NCBI RefSeq assembly: GCF_037042905.1
Contig: NC_087246.1
Coordinates: 4,280,001 to 4,344,000 of the forward strand
From: Lytechinus pictus
Lineage: Eukaryota
DNA length: 64,000 bases
Reading direction: 5' to 3'
Part shown: one piece after another, positions 53,531 to 64,000 of the stretch
Layout: every line of letters starts with the position of its first letter
How positions within the stretch are numbered: the first letter of the stretch is position 1
Made by a program: the position numbers and the translations under genes
The notes under the pieces: generated by a model
Database searches by the model: none
The model's input: the letters and a program-made list of their open reading frames with translations, nothing else
Told to the model about the DNA's origin: nothing

Positions 53531-54670
53531 TGAGTTTTCCATTATTTATAAATAATGATTATTTGTTAAATAATGAAAACGTCTACTTCATTATTTATAA
53601 ATAATTTTTTCGAGTGCACCATTATTCTCATTATTTATAAATAATCATTATTTAATGTTCGAGTTTTCCATTATTTATAAATAAAGATTATTTGTTAAAT
53701 AATGAAATATCTACTTCATTATTTATAAATAATAATTTTGTTTCAATATCCCATTATTTATAAATAATCATTATTTATAAACAATTTTTACAGTTTGCCA
53801 TTATATACAAATAATCATTATTTATATACAAATAACCATTATTTATTAAATAATGCCATTATTTATTAAATAATGCCATTATTTATTAAATAATGCCATT
53901 ATTTATTAAATAATGCCATTATTTATTAAATAATGGAAAACTCGCTATAACATGCAAATGTGGGACCGCCCATGATATGAATATTCATGATGCGATTTCC
54001 TTTTTCGTGATTTTTCTTCACAAATTTTTGTCCATTTCCTCTTCATAATGACATTTCTTGAAGCAATTTTCTAGGGATATGGTCTGATTGTAATATTCTT
54101 CATTTTCTATATAACTTCGTCTTCGTAGAAATATCAAAAAGTGTAATTTTATACGATTTTTCCTACAGTTCACAATCCCCATAGGCGCGCGTGTACGGTA
54201 GGGACAACCGGTGAATCGACGGAGTGCTCTTCATCGAAATACTACGTTGGTTGGTCCCCGGAAGTGGCGGGCGGAATTTAGCCCGAATCCTCGATGGAAG
54301 TCGATCAAGTGCATATGAGCTGAGAGAGTGAAATATCAGTGTACTTGTACAGGCCCTTCTACTTTTTATAAATATTTCTTGTTGCTTTTTTTGTTAAGTT
54401 AATTTTTCCTGGTGTAGAGATAAGTTTCAGTTCTAATAATGCACTTCAAATACATTTTGGAGTGTCTGTTTGAGGCGTTTGGGGTGATTTCACCCTGGCC
54501 CCAAAATGCTCGCAACGACAATACGGGGGCATGATGACCCCTAAATTTTTAAAAACTTATTTTTCTATTGAAAATTATCACAAAATTCACCAAAAGTGTG
54601 CACGAAAGCCTTCGTATTTCACTTTTAAAACTCCAAAAAGTGCCCAAATGACAAGCTTGGTCGCTTCGCT

Positions 54671-55189
54671 ATTTCAAGATTTTTATGAGAAAGTTTACGC
54701 GCGTCCTGCTCCCCCCCGCCCCCCCCCCCCCGGAAAAAATTCTGCGTAAGGCCATGATGATAATGAGATAAAAATAATGAAAATGAAGTATACATAAATC
54801 AATGTGCCATATGCTCTTTTGAGCATGGCCGTTCACATAATTTCTTTCGGGGGGTGGGGGCAGACGCGCGTAAACGTTCTCAAGTTGAAAGCGAGACAGC
54901 GAAGCGACCAATTAAGCTTGTCATTTGGGCTTGGTCCCGTGGCTGTCTCGCTTTCAAGATTTTTTTGAGAAAGTTTACGCGCGTCATATGCTCCGGCCCC
55001 GGCCCCCCTGGAAAAAATTCTGCGTAAGGCCATATTGATAATGAGATAAAAATAATGAAAATGAAAGTATACATAAATCAATGTGCCAGGCTCTTTAGAG
55101 CATGGCCGTATACAGAATTTCTTTCGGAGGAGGGGGGGGGGGGGGGGGGGGAAGCAGACGCGTAAACGTTCTCAAGTTGAAAGCGACAC
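54671..55189. repeat. Foldback spacer made of about two tandem 280-bp quasi-palindromic units
   Basis: TTTCAAGATTTT..GAGAAAGTTTACGCGCGTC recurs at 54672 and 54952; each unit carries inverted C-run and G-run halves. Confidence 0.88.
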
Positions 55190-56309
55190 AGCGAAGCGAC
55201 CAAGCTTGTCATTTGGGCACTTTTTGGAGTTTTAAAAGTGAAATACGAAGGCTTTCGTGCACACTTTTGGTGAATTTTGTGATAATTTTCAATAGAAAAA
55301 TAAGTTTTTAAAAAATTAGGGGTCATCATGCCCCCGTATTGTCGTTGCGAGCATTTTGGGGCCAGGGTGAAATCGCCCCAAACGCCTCAAACAGACACTC
55401 CAAAATGTATTTGAAGTGCATTATTAGAACTGAAACTTATCTCTACACCAGGAAAAATTAACTTAACAAAAAAAGCAACAAGAAATATTTATAAAAAGTA
55501 GAAGGGCCTGTACAAGTACACTGATATTTCACTCTCTCAGCTCATATGCACTTGATCGACTTCCATCGAGGATTCGGGCTAAATTCCGCCCGCCACTTCC
55601 GGGGACCAACCAACGTAGTATTTCGATGAAGAGCACTCCGTCGATTCACCGGTTGTCCCTACCGTACACGCGCGCCTATGGGGATTGTGAACTGTAGGAA
55701 AAATCGTATAAAATTACGCTTTTTGATATTTCTACGAAGACGAAGTTATATAGAAAATGAAGAATATTACAATCAGACCATATCCCTAGAAAATTGCTTC
55801 AAGAAATGTCATTATGAAGAGGAAATGGACAAAAATTTGTGAAGAAAAATCACGAAAAAGGAAATCGCATCATGAATATTCATATCATGGGCGGTCCCAC
55901 ATTTGCATGTTATAGCGAGTTTTCCATTATTTAATAAATAATGGCATTATTTAATAAATAATGGCATTATTTAATAAATAATGGCATTATTTAATAAATA
56001 ATGGTTATTTGTATATAAATAATGATTATTTGTATATAATGGCAAACTGTAAAAATTGTTTATAAATAATGATTATTTATAAATAATGGGATATTGAAAC
56101 AAAATTATTATTTATAAATAATGAAGTAGATATTTCATTATTTAACAAATAATCTTTATTTATAAATAATGGAAAACTCGAACATTAAATAATGATTATT
56201 TATAAATAATGAAAATAATGGTGCACTCGAAAAAATTATTTATAAATAATGAAGTAGACGTTTTCATTATTTAACAAATAATCATTATTTATAAATAATG
56301 GAAAACTCA

Positions 56310-56671
56310 ACAAATTATTTATAAATAATGAAAAACAAATAATCATTATTTATAAATAATGAAAAACAAATAATCATTATTTGTAAATAATGAAAAACAA
56401 ATTATCATTATTTATAAATAATGAAAAACAAATAATCATTATTTATAAATAATGAAAAACAAATAATCATTATTTATAAATAATGAAAAACAAATAATCA
56501 TTATTTGTAAATAATGAAAAACAAATAATCATTATTTATAAATAATGAAAAACAAATTATCATTATTTATAAATAATGAAAAACAAATAATCATTATTTG
56601 TAAATAATGAAAAACAAATAATCATTATTTATAAATAATGAAAAACAAATAATCATTATTTATAAATAATG
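56310..56671 (-). repeat. Mirror 31-bp tandem array in right foldback arm
   Basis: Reverse complement of the 53167-53530 array with the same unit count and variant order. Confidence 0.95.
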
Positions 56672-57782
56672 GAATGTCGAACTATTATTATTTACAAATA
56701 ATGAAGTATTACTTGGAATTATATATAAATAATTAGAAATGATATTTTATATAATAGTAGTTATTTACAAATAAAATGTAAATTATATATAAATAATAGT
56801 TATTATTTAATAAATAATGATTATATAACAAATAATTGTTCTATATAATATTGGTACATTCGGCGCCTCATAGAAACGCAGTAGAAGAAAGTGCCAGAGT
56901 TGAAAACCATCCCCAGCGTATAAGTGAACTTGTAAAGAATTCATTTCTCCCTCTTCCTATACAAAACAGTTAAATGAGGAAAATAAATAAATGACGAACA
57001 AACCACTTTATTTAGAGAAAAATAGGTTTGTATGATTTGGGCACCCCCCTCCCACTCTTGAACCACTCAACTTTCTTCTCTCATTTGTCACCTCAGATAA
57101 AACAATCTGTAGAACACATTGTCATCACTCCTCACAAGATGGCGCTAGTCCACTTTTTACAATGGATAAAAGAGAGCATGTAATCCCTCTCGCACAAACG
57201 CATTTCCAAACCTCAAGTAAATGCAATTAGAAGACACAAAATACACACGTTTGTATTCCATGTAATAAGTTGTTAACTTTTCAATTGTTTTATATAAGAA
57301 AGTATCAAATTTTGTAATTAATTGCACAATACCGTTAATAAGATTTAAGTAATTTCATAATACCAATACTATAAAAAATAAAATCATTCAGTCTGTATAG
57401 CCTTTCTGTAATTACTGGCCAATTAATAATAAAAAAAAGTGATCACAAAAATAAATATAAAAGAGGAATAAAATGGAAAAAGAGAGGAAAATATGGTAAC
57501 AGAACTAGTTTTCTACACCCTTATTGTTTTCATTATGAATAAAAGTGCAGTTACCTTTATGTTTTCTTGCCCCCAATCAAAATACTACAATGGCACCATA
57601 ATTCCTATGTGCTGAAAAATGTTATGATAAATGAACATAGATTGATAAAAGATTTCTACGATAAAAAATCAACTACATCTACATTCAGTGCATTGACATA
57701 AAGCAATCGTTTGCAGAATGTTGGTTAACTCAGTGATAAATGGGTGGTGACATCCCTCCCAAAGAAAAATTTTTAACCATCT

Positions 57783-57824
57783 TGTACAAGCATGGACCTA
57801 CTAGAGTAGGTCCATGCTTGTACA
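57783..57824. repeat. Perfect 20-bp inverted repeat with a 2-nt centre
   Basis: TGTACAAGCATGGACCTACT-AG-AGTAGGTCCATGCTTGTACA. Confidence 0.9.
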
Positions 57825-59014
57825 TAGTGTGTTGTACATGAAGATGTTCCTTCACTTTATATAACTTTAAGATAACTGAAATGTCACAGGTGAAATGTGT
57901 GGTCTTAATACATAAGTATGTTGATTACCATGTTTGCTGTTTGGACACAATTTCAGAGCAAAGAATGTAACAGCATACTCTTAGAGTATGGGTAAAGGAG
58001 CAAAGGGGAAGGATTGGGGCAAAGCAGGAAAAGAAATAGACAAGATCTAAATTATATATATTATGGGGCAAAACAGAAAAATAAAATAGACAAGTATATC
58101 TAAATTACATCTATTGTCACTCCTGAGTAGCTGAAATAGAACCATCTTGCCATGAATGCAGAAACACATAGGCCTATGGCAGTATATTCACAATGTTCTT
58201 AGCTCAGTTGCCCTTTAAAGATCAGGAGCTCGTTTCATAAAATTTGTAATAATACCTAATTTGCAATAACAGTTAAAAGCTACTTGAAATCCTCCAATCA
58301 GATTGGCTGACAGTATTTTTGTTAAAGTAATTGTGTGTTTGTTACTAGAACTCTTGTGTAAAAATCTCTGAAAATATTAAAAAATTATTATTATTAAAAT
58401 ATTACCTATGCAAAATAGAGGATGCAGCAATGTATAGTAATAAGAATCAACTTGTATTGCGATAAATAGATTGTTTAATTTGTCTATGAAGGAATTCAGA
58501 GAACATTGCCTTACCAAGTAACAAGTTTGTTTCTTCTCATAAAACTCTTGGTTTACATCTCAAAACTAAGTTTGATGGAAAACATGACCCTGTAATTGTC
58601 TAATTGCTAAAGATTTCTTAAATTTACCCTTGTTGCTTACCTTGCATTGTTTTTTTTTTCTTAATTTTTCTTGAGTTGTGGTTTAAGAATAGATAGCCAA
58701 TTATGACATAAATCTTTAACAGGACAGGCTCAATTTATCAGCTCATTTGACCCATGAATCATAATTTATAACTCTCTGGTAATTACAAAATAAAATAGTT
58801 TTCTTAACCATTAAAGCATAATGAATGAACAGAGTAAACATAATACATCTTATATAAAGATAAACACGCAAGCAGCAGCATCTACGCTGGTTGCCTGATG
58901 AAGTCCAGCAGTAGTGGATAAAAAGACGCATTCCTACCTCAAATTCATCATGAGACAACCAATTCATTTCTCAACTTCAAGATAAACATAGTACACATAA
59001 TGCTCAAATGCGTA

Positions 59015-59220
59015 GTTTCCTTCAGCAAGGAATTTATCTGTGCTGCACTCCACCCAGGTGAGGTAAATGGGTACCGGCAAGAAGTAATTCCTCAAAAAGC
59101 TGTGAGCACCTGGATCGGTAGCCTAGCTTGGCCAAGGTAATAATAGCAGGGCCCGCTGGGAGAACAGTTTTCGGAACTGAAGTGGCTACCCTGGGTAAAT
59201 ATACCATTATATCATTATTA
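59015..59220 (+). mobile_element. Second, related SINE fragment with a different 3' end
   Basis: GCAAGGAATTTATC...CACTCCACCCAGGTGAGGTAAATGGGTACCGG shares the core with the 47931 copy and ends in an ATT-type tail. Confidence 0.7.
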
Positions 59221-59752
59221 TACAATGTTCAGAGAGTACAATTCTATCAGGGAAGAAGGTAACAAAAACTAAATCTTGCAATGCAGTTGGATGACATACC
59301 CATATTGTCAAATGGAACATCGCATAAACTCAAAAGGCATTTACAAGCCATGTCCCTATTATAAAGCATTCTGAAATGCAGCATCTTAGCATTTACACTT
59401 TGTGGCTCTGGACTTGCATTTACACAAAAATGATTAAGGACTCAAATATGTTTTGAACTTACCAGAAATTGTCAAACTCCTATTCTGGCCCTCAACTCTA
59501 TGCATAAACTCAGAGTTACATTAAATGCATTCAGGCATAACTGTACCGCAAATACAAACAGGCTGCTTCATTTTCAAAGACTCTGGAAATTTAAGAATAG
59601 TATTCTAGATACTCAGTTGCTGATAGTTGTTCTAGCTTGAAAAGGGTTCATTGGCTCATATGCATGTAGCCATCGAAACTGTTCCATCAACTTACATGGT
59701 TATTGGTATCCAAAACCATTCCATCATCTCATATAGTTACTGCAGTAGAAGA

Positions 59753-60043
59753 TCAACTGACACTGTTATTGTCATACATAACCTTGAGTGGTCTCTCTCC
59801 ACACACTTTGGCAATCCTAATGCAGGCTTCATCAGACAGTGAAAGCTTGACAGCAAAAAACATAATCTTCTCCAGATTGTAACATCCCTCAATGATCGCC
59901 AGCAGGTCGTTCTCGGTAACGCTCTTGACCCAGGTAAGGTTGAGGATCTGAAGGTGTGGGAGGTGTTTGGGGATGGTACGCAAGGACTTGCCTGTCAGGT
60001 GATTGCAGTTGGACAGGTTTAAAACCCTGAGATCTGAAAGTCT
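59753..60043 (-). CDS. Last coding exon of minus-strand LRR gene
   Basis: Minus strand TTCATCCCTCAG|AGA...TGA; RLSDLRVLNLSNCNHLTGKSLRTIPKHLPHLQILNLTWVKSVTENDLLAIIEGCYNLEKIMF..., LxxLxLxxCxxLT repeats. Confidence 0.88.
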   Translation of the reverse strand, partial: RLSDLRVLNLSNCNHLTGKSLRTIPKHLPHLQILNLTWVKSVTENDLLAIIEGCYNLEKIMFFAVKLSLSDEACIRIAKVCGERPLKVMYDNNSVS

Positions 60044-60757
60044 CTGAGGGATGAAATCAGGAAAAAGAGAAAGTGTGCATGAGGAGAGAGAGAGAGAAAG
60101 AGGCAGAGAGTGAGAGAGAGGGATGGGGGAAGGGATATAAGGAAAGAAGGGAAAGCAAATTAAGAGAAAGAATGACAAAGAGAAATAAAGAGTGGAATAA
60201 AAAGAGTCAGGAAAAGAGAACAAATGGATAAAAGAAAAAAGAGGAAATGAGGGAGGAAGAGAAAGAGACAAAATTGAAAAGGGAAAAAGGGGGAGAGAAA
60301 GAGAGAGAGAGAGAAAGAACAGACATTGATGGAACGTGTTGGGAGGAAGAGGAAGATAGAGGGGGGAAAGGAGGGGTAGAAGACGGTAAAACAAGTAATA
60401 AATTTAGAATAAAATAAAATATTCTCTTCCATTATCCTCAATAGAGTTCAACAAGAAGGTTTCCAGTGCCCAATAACAATCATATCTCAGGTCCATGAAA
60501 ACAACAATTTGGAAAAAAGTGAAAAGCTTAATATGAAATAAAGGAAGTTCAACACATAAATCCTTATTTTATGTTGTTATGGTTTATGTCCCAGCTTCAA
60601 CTAATCATTTTAAATAAATTGTGCAAGTTGCCAAAATTCCTCTCGATTGTTTATTGACCTGACTATTTTCTATTGGTTCCTGCAGATAGGATGAAATACA
60701 TAATTGTCTTTACAATATTCTTTAGAAAGCATCAGAAACCACATCAAATCTTCATAC

Positions 60758-60974
60758 CTTCATGAGGAAAGTCAGCACATGATCCGTGATGACATACCCA
60801 CAATCCTTAAGGTTAAGGTTGCGGAGGTTGGGACATTGTTGAGTGATGATCTTAGGTGCTTTCTGTGTGATTAGGGCTCCCTCTAAGTTCAGTGTCTCGA
60901 TGTATGGACCAAGAAGATTCTCCAAGGCTACATTGGTCAGCTTTCCTTTCCTTTTCAACCTGTGCAGCAATTCA
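60758..60974 (-). CDS. Exon of minus-strand gene, AMN1-type cysteine-containing LRRs
   Basis: Minus strand TCATTTGTTAACAG|T GAA...ATG AAG|GTATGA; (N)ELLHRLKRKGKLTNVALENLLGPYIETLNLEGALITQKAPKIITQQCPNLRNLNLKDCGYVITDHVLTFLMK; phase 2 joins the previous exon. Confidence 0.88.
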
Positions 60975-61484
60975 CTGTTAACAAATGATAATAGGAAGTT
61001 CCTTGATAACAATCTTCAATATTCATGGTTTCTTACATACTTGTTACCCATAACCCAAATCCTTCTGGTACCTAGCATAATTATAAAGAATGTGGGTTGG
61101 TTCACATCAATGTTCACTTGAGAGTAGCCTAAATACTTATAGTGTAAAGACACAATAAAGATCACAGCTTTTTAGACAAGACAACTTCAAACATGATACC
61201 TAGGTAAATGGTTATTACCAAGATGACTGAGTGGCTTAAGTGTCTGGGTCCAGTGGGTGTTGTTTGTAAAGTTAAAATGACTTTACTAAAGAATGGAATT
61301 TGAAAATGCATGTTAGCAAGTTTCTCCTGACTATATACAAATACATAAATGAGAATGTAAAAAAAATGTGTTTATAAATATATATTTAAAGTCCACTTTT
61401 AATTGTGTGTCAACAGTAATGCTTTTGATAATTTCAAACATTAATGATTGTATCAAAAACAACTGAGGAACACATACTATCAAG

Positions 61485-62545
61485 TTAATACGATAATATA
61501 GACAATCTTATTCTTACTTTCAATTATGAGCTCATGAAACTAAACTCTTGGTTGATTGTTAATAAGCTTATTTTAAACATGAATAAAACGCATTACATGA
61601 TTTTTACAAACAAGGTAATCAATTATGACAGAATTGATGTTTTATTAGATAACACCCCAATTGTAAGATCTACGTCTTTGAAATTCTTAGGTGTAATAAC
61701 CGATAGTAAATTATCATGGAATAATCATATTGATAATATTTGTACCAAAATTTCTAGAAACATCGGTATATTATACAAACTCAAATATTTCCCCCCGACA
61801 ATATTATTAATGATTTATAACACCTTAAAATCATCTTACCTCCAATACTGCAATATTGCCTGGGGTTCTTCTACTAATTATCAAATGTCTTGATTATTAC
61901 GATTACAAAAAATGGTTATTATAATTATGTCTCATTCCGGTTACCTTGCTCATACTAAACCATTATTTTCTCATTTAAAGGTCTTAAATATACTTGATCT
62001 ATGCTACTTCAACTTGGCTATTTTCATGTACCTCCATTATAAAAAAATTGTTCCACCAAGTCTTTCTGATAAATTTTCTTTTAATGACGATTTCCATTCA
62101 TATAATACACGCAGTTCCTCTCATTTTCACTTACCATTGACGAGAACTAATGTTGCAAAAAAATATATTTTTTAAAAGTTCTAATCATTTGGAATAACCT
62201 TCCTTTATATATAAAAGATAGCCCTTCCCTTTCCGTTCGCAAAAGGAGACTAAAATCATATTTAATTGACAACTACACTACTTAATTCATTTTCTATATT
62301 ACAGGCTTTACCGTTACTTTGTTTATGTTACGTATTTAGGTTTTTTAGGTGTTGTATATTGTCAGTTTTTTTGGGGGGTATAATTTGTATTTTGTTCTAT
62401 TGGTGGCAGCACCAATAAGGCTTCTCTGCCTTCTAAGCTGTCTCCACGTTTCATGAATTATTTATATTTCTTGTATATTCCAATATGTTTTGTAAATGTT
62501 ATTTTTAATACATGAACAAAATAAATGCATATGAATGAAAGAATG
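61485..62545 (+). mobile_element. 5'-truncated, decayed non-LTR retrotransposon (CR1/L2 group) in an intron of the LRR gene, antisense to it
   Basis: WLIVNKLILNMNKT, KFLGVITDSKLSWNNHI, YCNIAWGS, HTKPLF and HSYNTR are typical RT C-terminal motifs. In-frame TGA at 61891-61893; 3' stem-loop-like segment near 62402-62447 and a simple-repeat tail. Confidence 0.9.
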
Positions 62546-62805
62546 AAAGTTCTTGCCATTTGTTAACATTATTTTAACATTAACATTATTACAAGTTATG
62601 CATGACATTATGAATGACTGAAACTTGGTAAGAGTAATATCTTTGTAAAGATGCAACATGCAAACTTCCAGATGTGAAACCTTTGTAAACTCGGTCTGTG
62701 TGACTATTTTCTGTGTGTCTGTCCGTCTGTTTTAGTGTCAGTGGTTCTCACGGTCAATCTTCTCTCTATGACTCTATTTATCATTTCTTCCTATCTATTA
62801 CTCAC

Positions 62806-62921
62806 TTAACAAGAAACTCATCTGGGCAATCTTCTAGAGAGTAGTCCTTTATGTTTGTACATATATACTGCATGCAACTCTCAAGGAGACGCGGAACCTT
62901 GGTTTCTTCATGATATGGATT
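62806..62921 (-). CDS. Exon of minus-strand gene with BC-box-like motif, missed by the ORF track
   Basis: Minus strand TTTCCATTTCCACAG|AAT CCA...GTT AA|GTGAGT; NPYHEETKVPRLLESCMQYICTNIKDYSLEDCPDEFLV, similar to the AMN1 N-terminus as recalled (VSQLLDLCLWCFMKNI). Confidence 0.85.
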
Positions 62922-63692
62922 CTGTGGAAATGGAAACAAACACCATAAAATATAATAAAAGTTACTGTTATCAAAACCTATACCAAATGATTTATCAGGG
63001 TTTTTTATTCAGCTCTAAGTGATATGTCTGCATTGCTTTATATCAAATGGCAACTTTTTCACATACAGGAATAATCATGGGGGGGGGTGGTCATAAAGGA
63101 TAAAGTGTGACTAAGAACCACAAATAAATTTCAAGCCGTGTATAACATATAATGCATCATGTCACTGGTCAAATTACACTCTACTGCCTATTTTCCGCTA
63201 TGTTGACATTAAGCATGTTCAATGTCCACATATATGCTTAACATCACATGTGTGTTGGCAACTAAGCATGACCTTAAGTCCAACTGAACTCTTTGTGAAA
63301 CACTCCCGGGTATCTCAAGTTGAAACGAATAGGTACGCTGGAACTTCCTGGTAGTCACTTTCATCTAAAAGATCTACAAGTAACATTAAACTGGCATAAA
63401 ACTATAGGCTTTTTGACTATTAACTTAGCATAAAAAAGTCATGGTCTACTTTCTTTAGAACAAATAGCAGTAGAAGTCAATCTAAACTCTGGAAAATCAG
63501 GGTCAAAATAATGCATTGAATAAATGCTATTTACAATTCATGCATTTTAAATTATAAAGAAAAAATAAATTGAATAAAAAAATGTAATATTTTATAATTT
63601 AATATATTTAGAGGACACCATCCTATGAACTCTGCAGCATATTTCATCTAAAAGAGAAAGGGAAGACAGAGTACCATCATTAATGTACATAC

Positions 63693-63868
63693 CCTCTCAA
63701 ATCTCCGGTTATAGCTGGCTCTAACATAGACAGTGTTCTTCTCTTTCTTATCCTCATATCTTCTCTTGCCATTGAATGATTTTGATGATTGTATTTCCTG
63801 AAGAACCTCTTCTGTCTTATACCATCTAAGAAGGGAAACTTGGACAAGGTCATTCAACTTGACATAAC
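63693..63868 (-). CDS. Exon of minus-strand gene encoding a Tpt1/KptA RNA-lobe-like segment; gene 5' end is beyond the window
   Basis: Minus strand TTTATATTCAG|GT TAT GTC...GAG AGG|GTATGT; (G)YVKLNDLVQVSLLRWYKTEEVLQEIQSSKSFNGKRRYEDKKEKNTVYVRASYNRRFER; phase-0 end matches the next exon. Confidence 0.78.
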
Positions 63869-64000
63869 CTGAATATAAAGATTTTTCAATGAAAATTATT
63901 TGATTAAACAATTTGCATAAGACTGTCATCTTACGCATGTATCCCGTGATCTTTAAAAATTGAAGCTATGCTATGCAAATTTTTAACTTTGAAAAGTAAT

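Larger units (their letters stand above)
52966..56872. mobile_element. Non-autonomous foldback DNA transposon, 3.9 kb, 6-bp TSD (IS3EU-like termini)
   Basis: Left arm 52966-54670 is the reverse complement of right arm 55190-56872. Termini TATGAGGCGCCG...CGGCGCCTCATA; GAAACG at 52960-52965 and 56873-56878; no transposase ORF. Confidence 0.93.

Noticed and set aside
54531..55329. Paired similar ORFs (MMTPKFLKTYFSIENY... on both strands)
   Set aside because: By-products of the inverted repeat; no transposase motifs.
60044..60441. F/L/S/P-rich N-terminus of the 213-aa ORF and the overlapping 93-aa ORF
   Set aside because: Intronic TC-rich low-complexity sequence.
60975..61071. In-frame TGA at 61016-61018 upstream of the LRR ORF, suggesting selenocysteine or a pseudogene
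   Set aside because: A better acceptor at 60975-60976 joins in phase with the 62806 exon, so the TGA is intronic.

Overview
AT-rich, intron-rich animal genomic DNA; the repeat families resemble those of sea urchins, but the taxon is inferred. Two convergent spliced genes can be reconstructed by hand. (1) A Tbx1 T-box gene on + has 7 coding exons from 9735/9884 to 39569, a ~19.9 kb intron (10114-30059), and one T-box intron shifted 20 nt from the vertebrate position as I recall it. (2) A gene on - has 4 exons (63868 to 59753) and its 5' end lies outside the window. Its spliced product appears to join a Tpt1/KptA (TRPT1) RNA-lobe-like segment to an Elongin BC-box-like motif and AMN1-type LRRs, with no Tpt1 NAD+ lobe following; this is the most novel-looking signal. 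Between the genes is a 3.9 kb foldback DNA transposon (52966-56872) with ~1.7 kb near-identical arms, TAT..ATA termini and a 6-bp TSD. Also present: many MITEs (some nested), SINEs including one with a 7SL/Alu-like head, a LINE fragment, microsatellites, and a compact GC-rich multi-hairpin element in the long Tbx1 intron. All homology calls are by eye and from memory; no searches were run.
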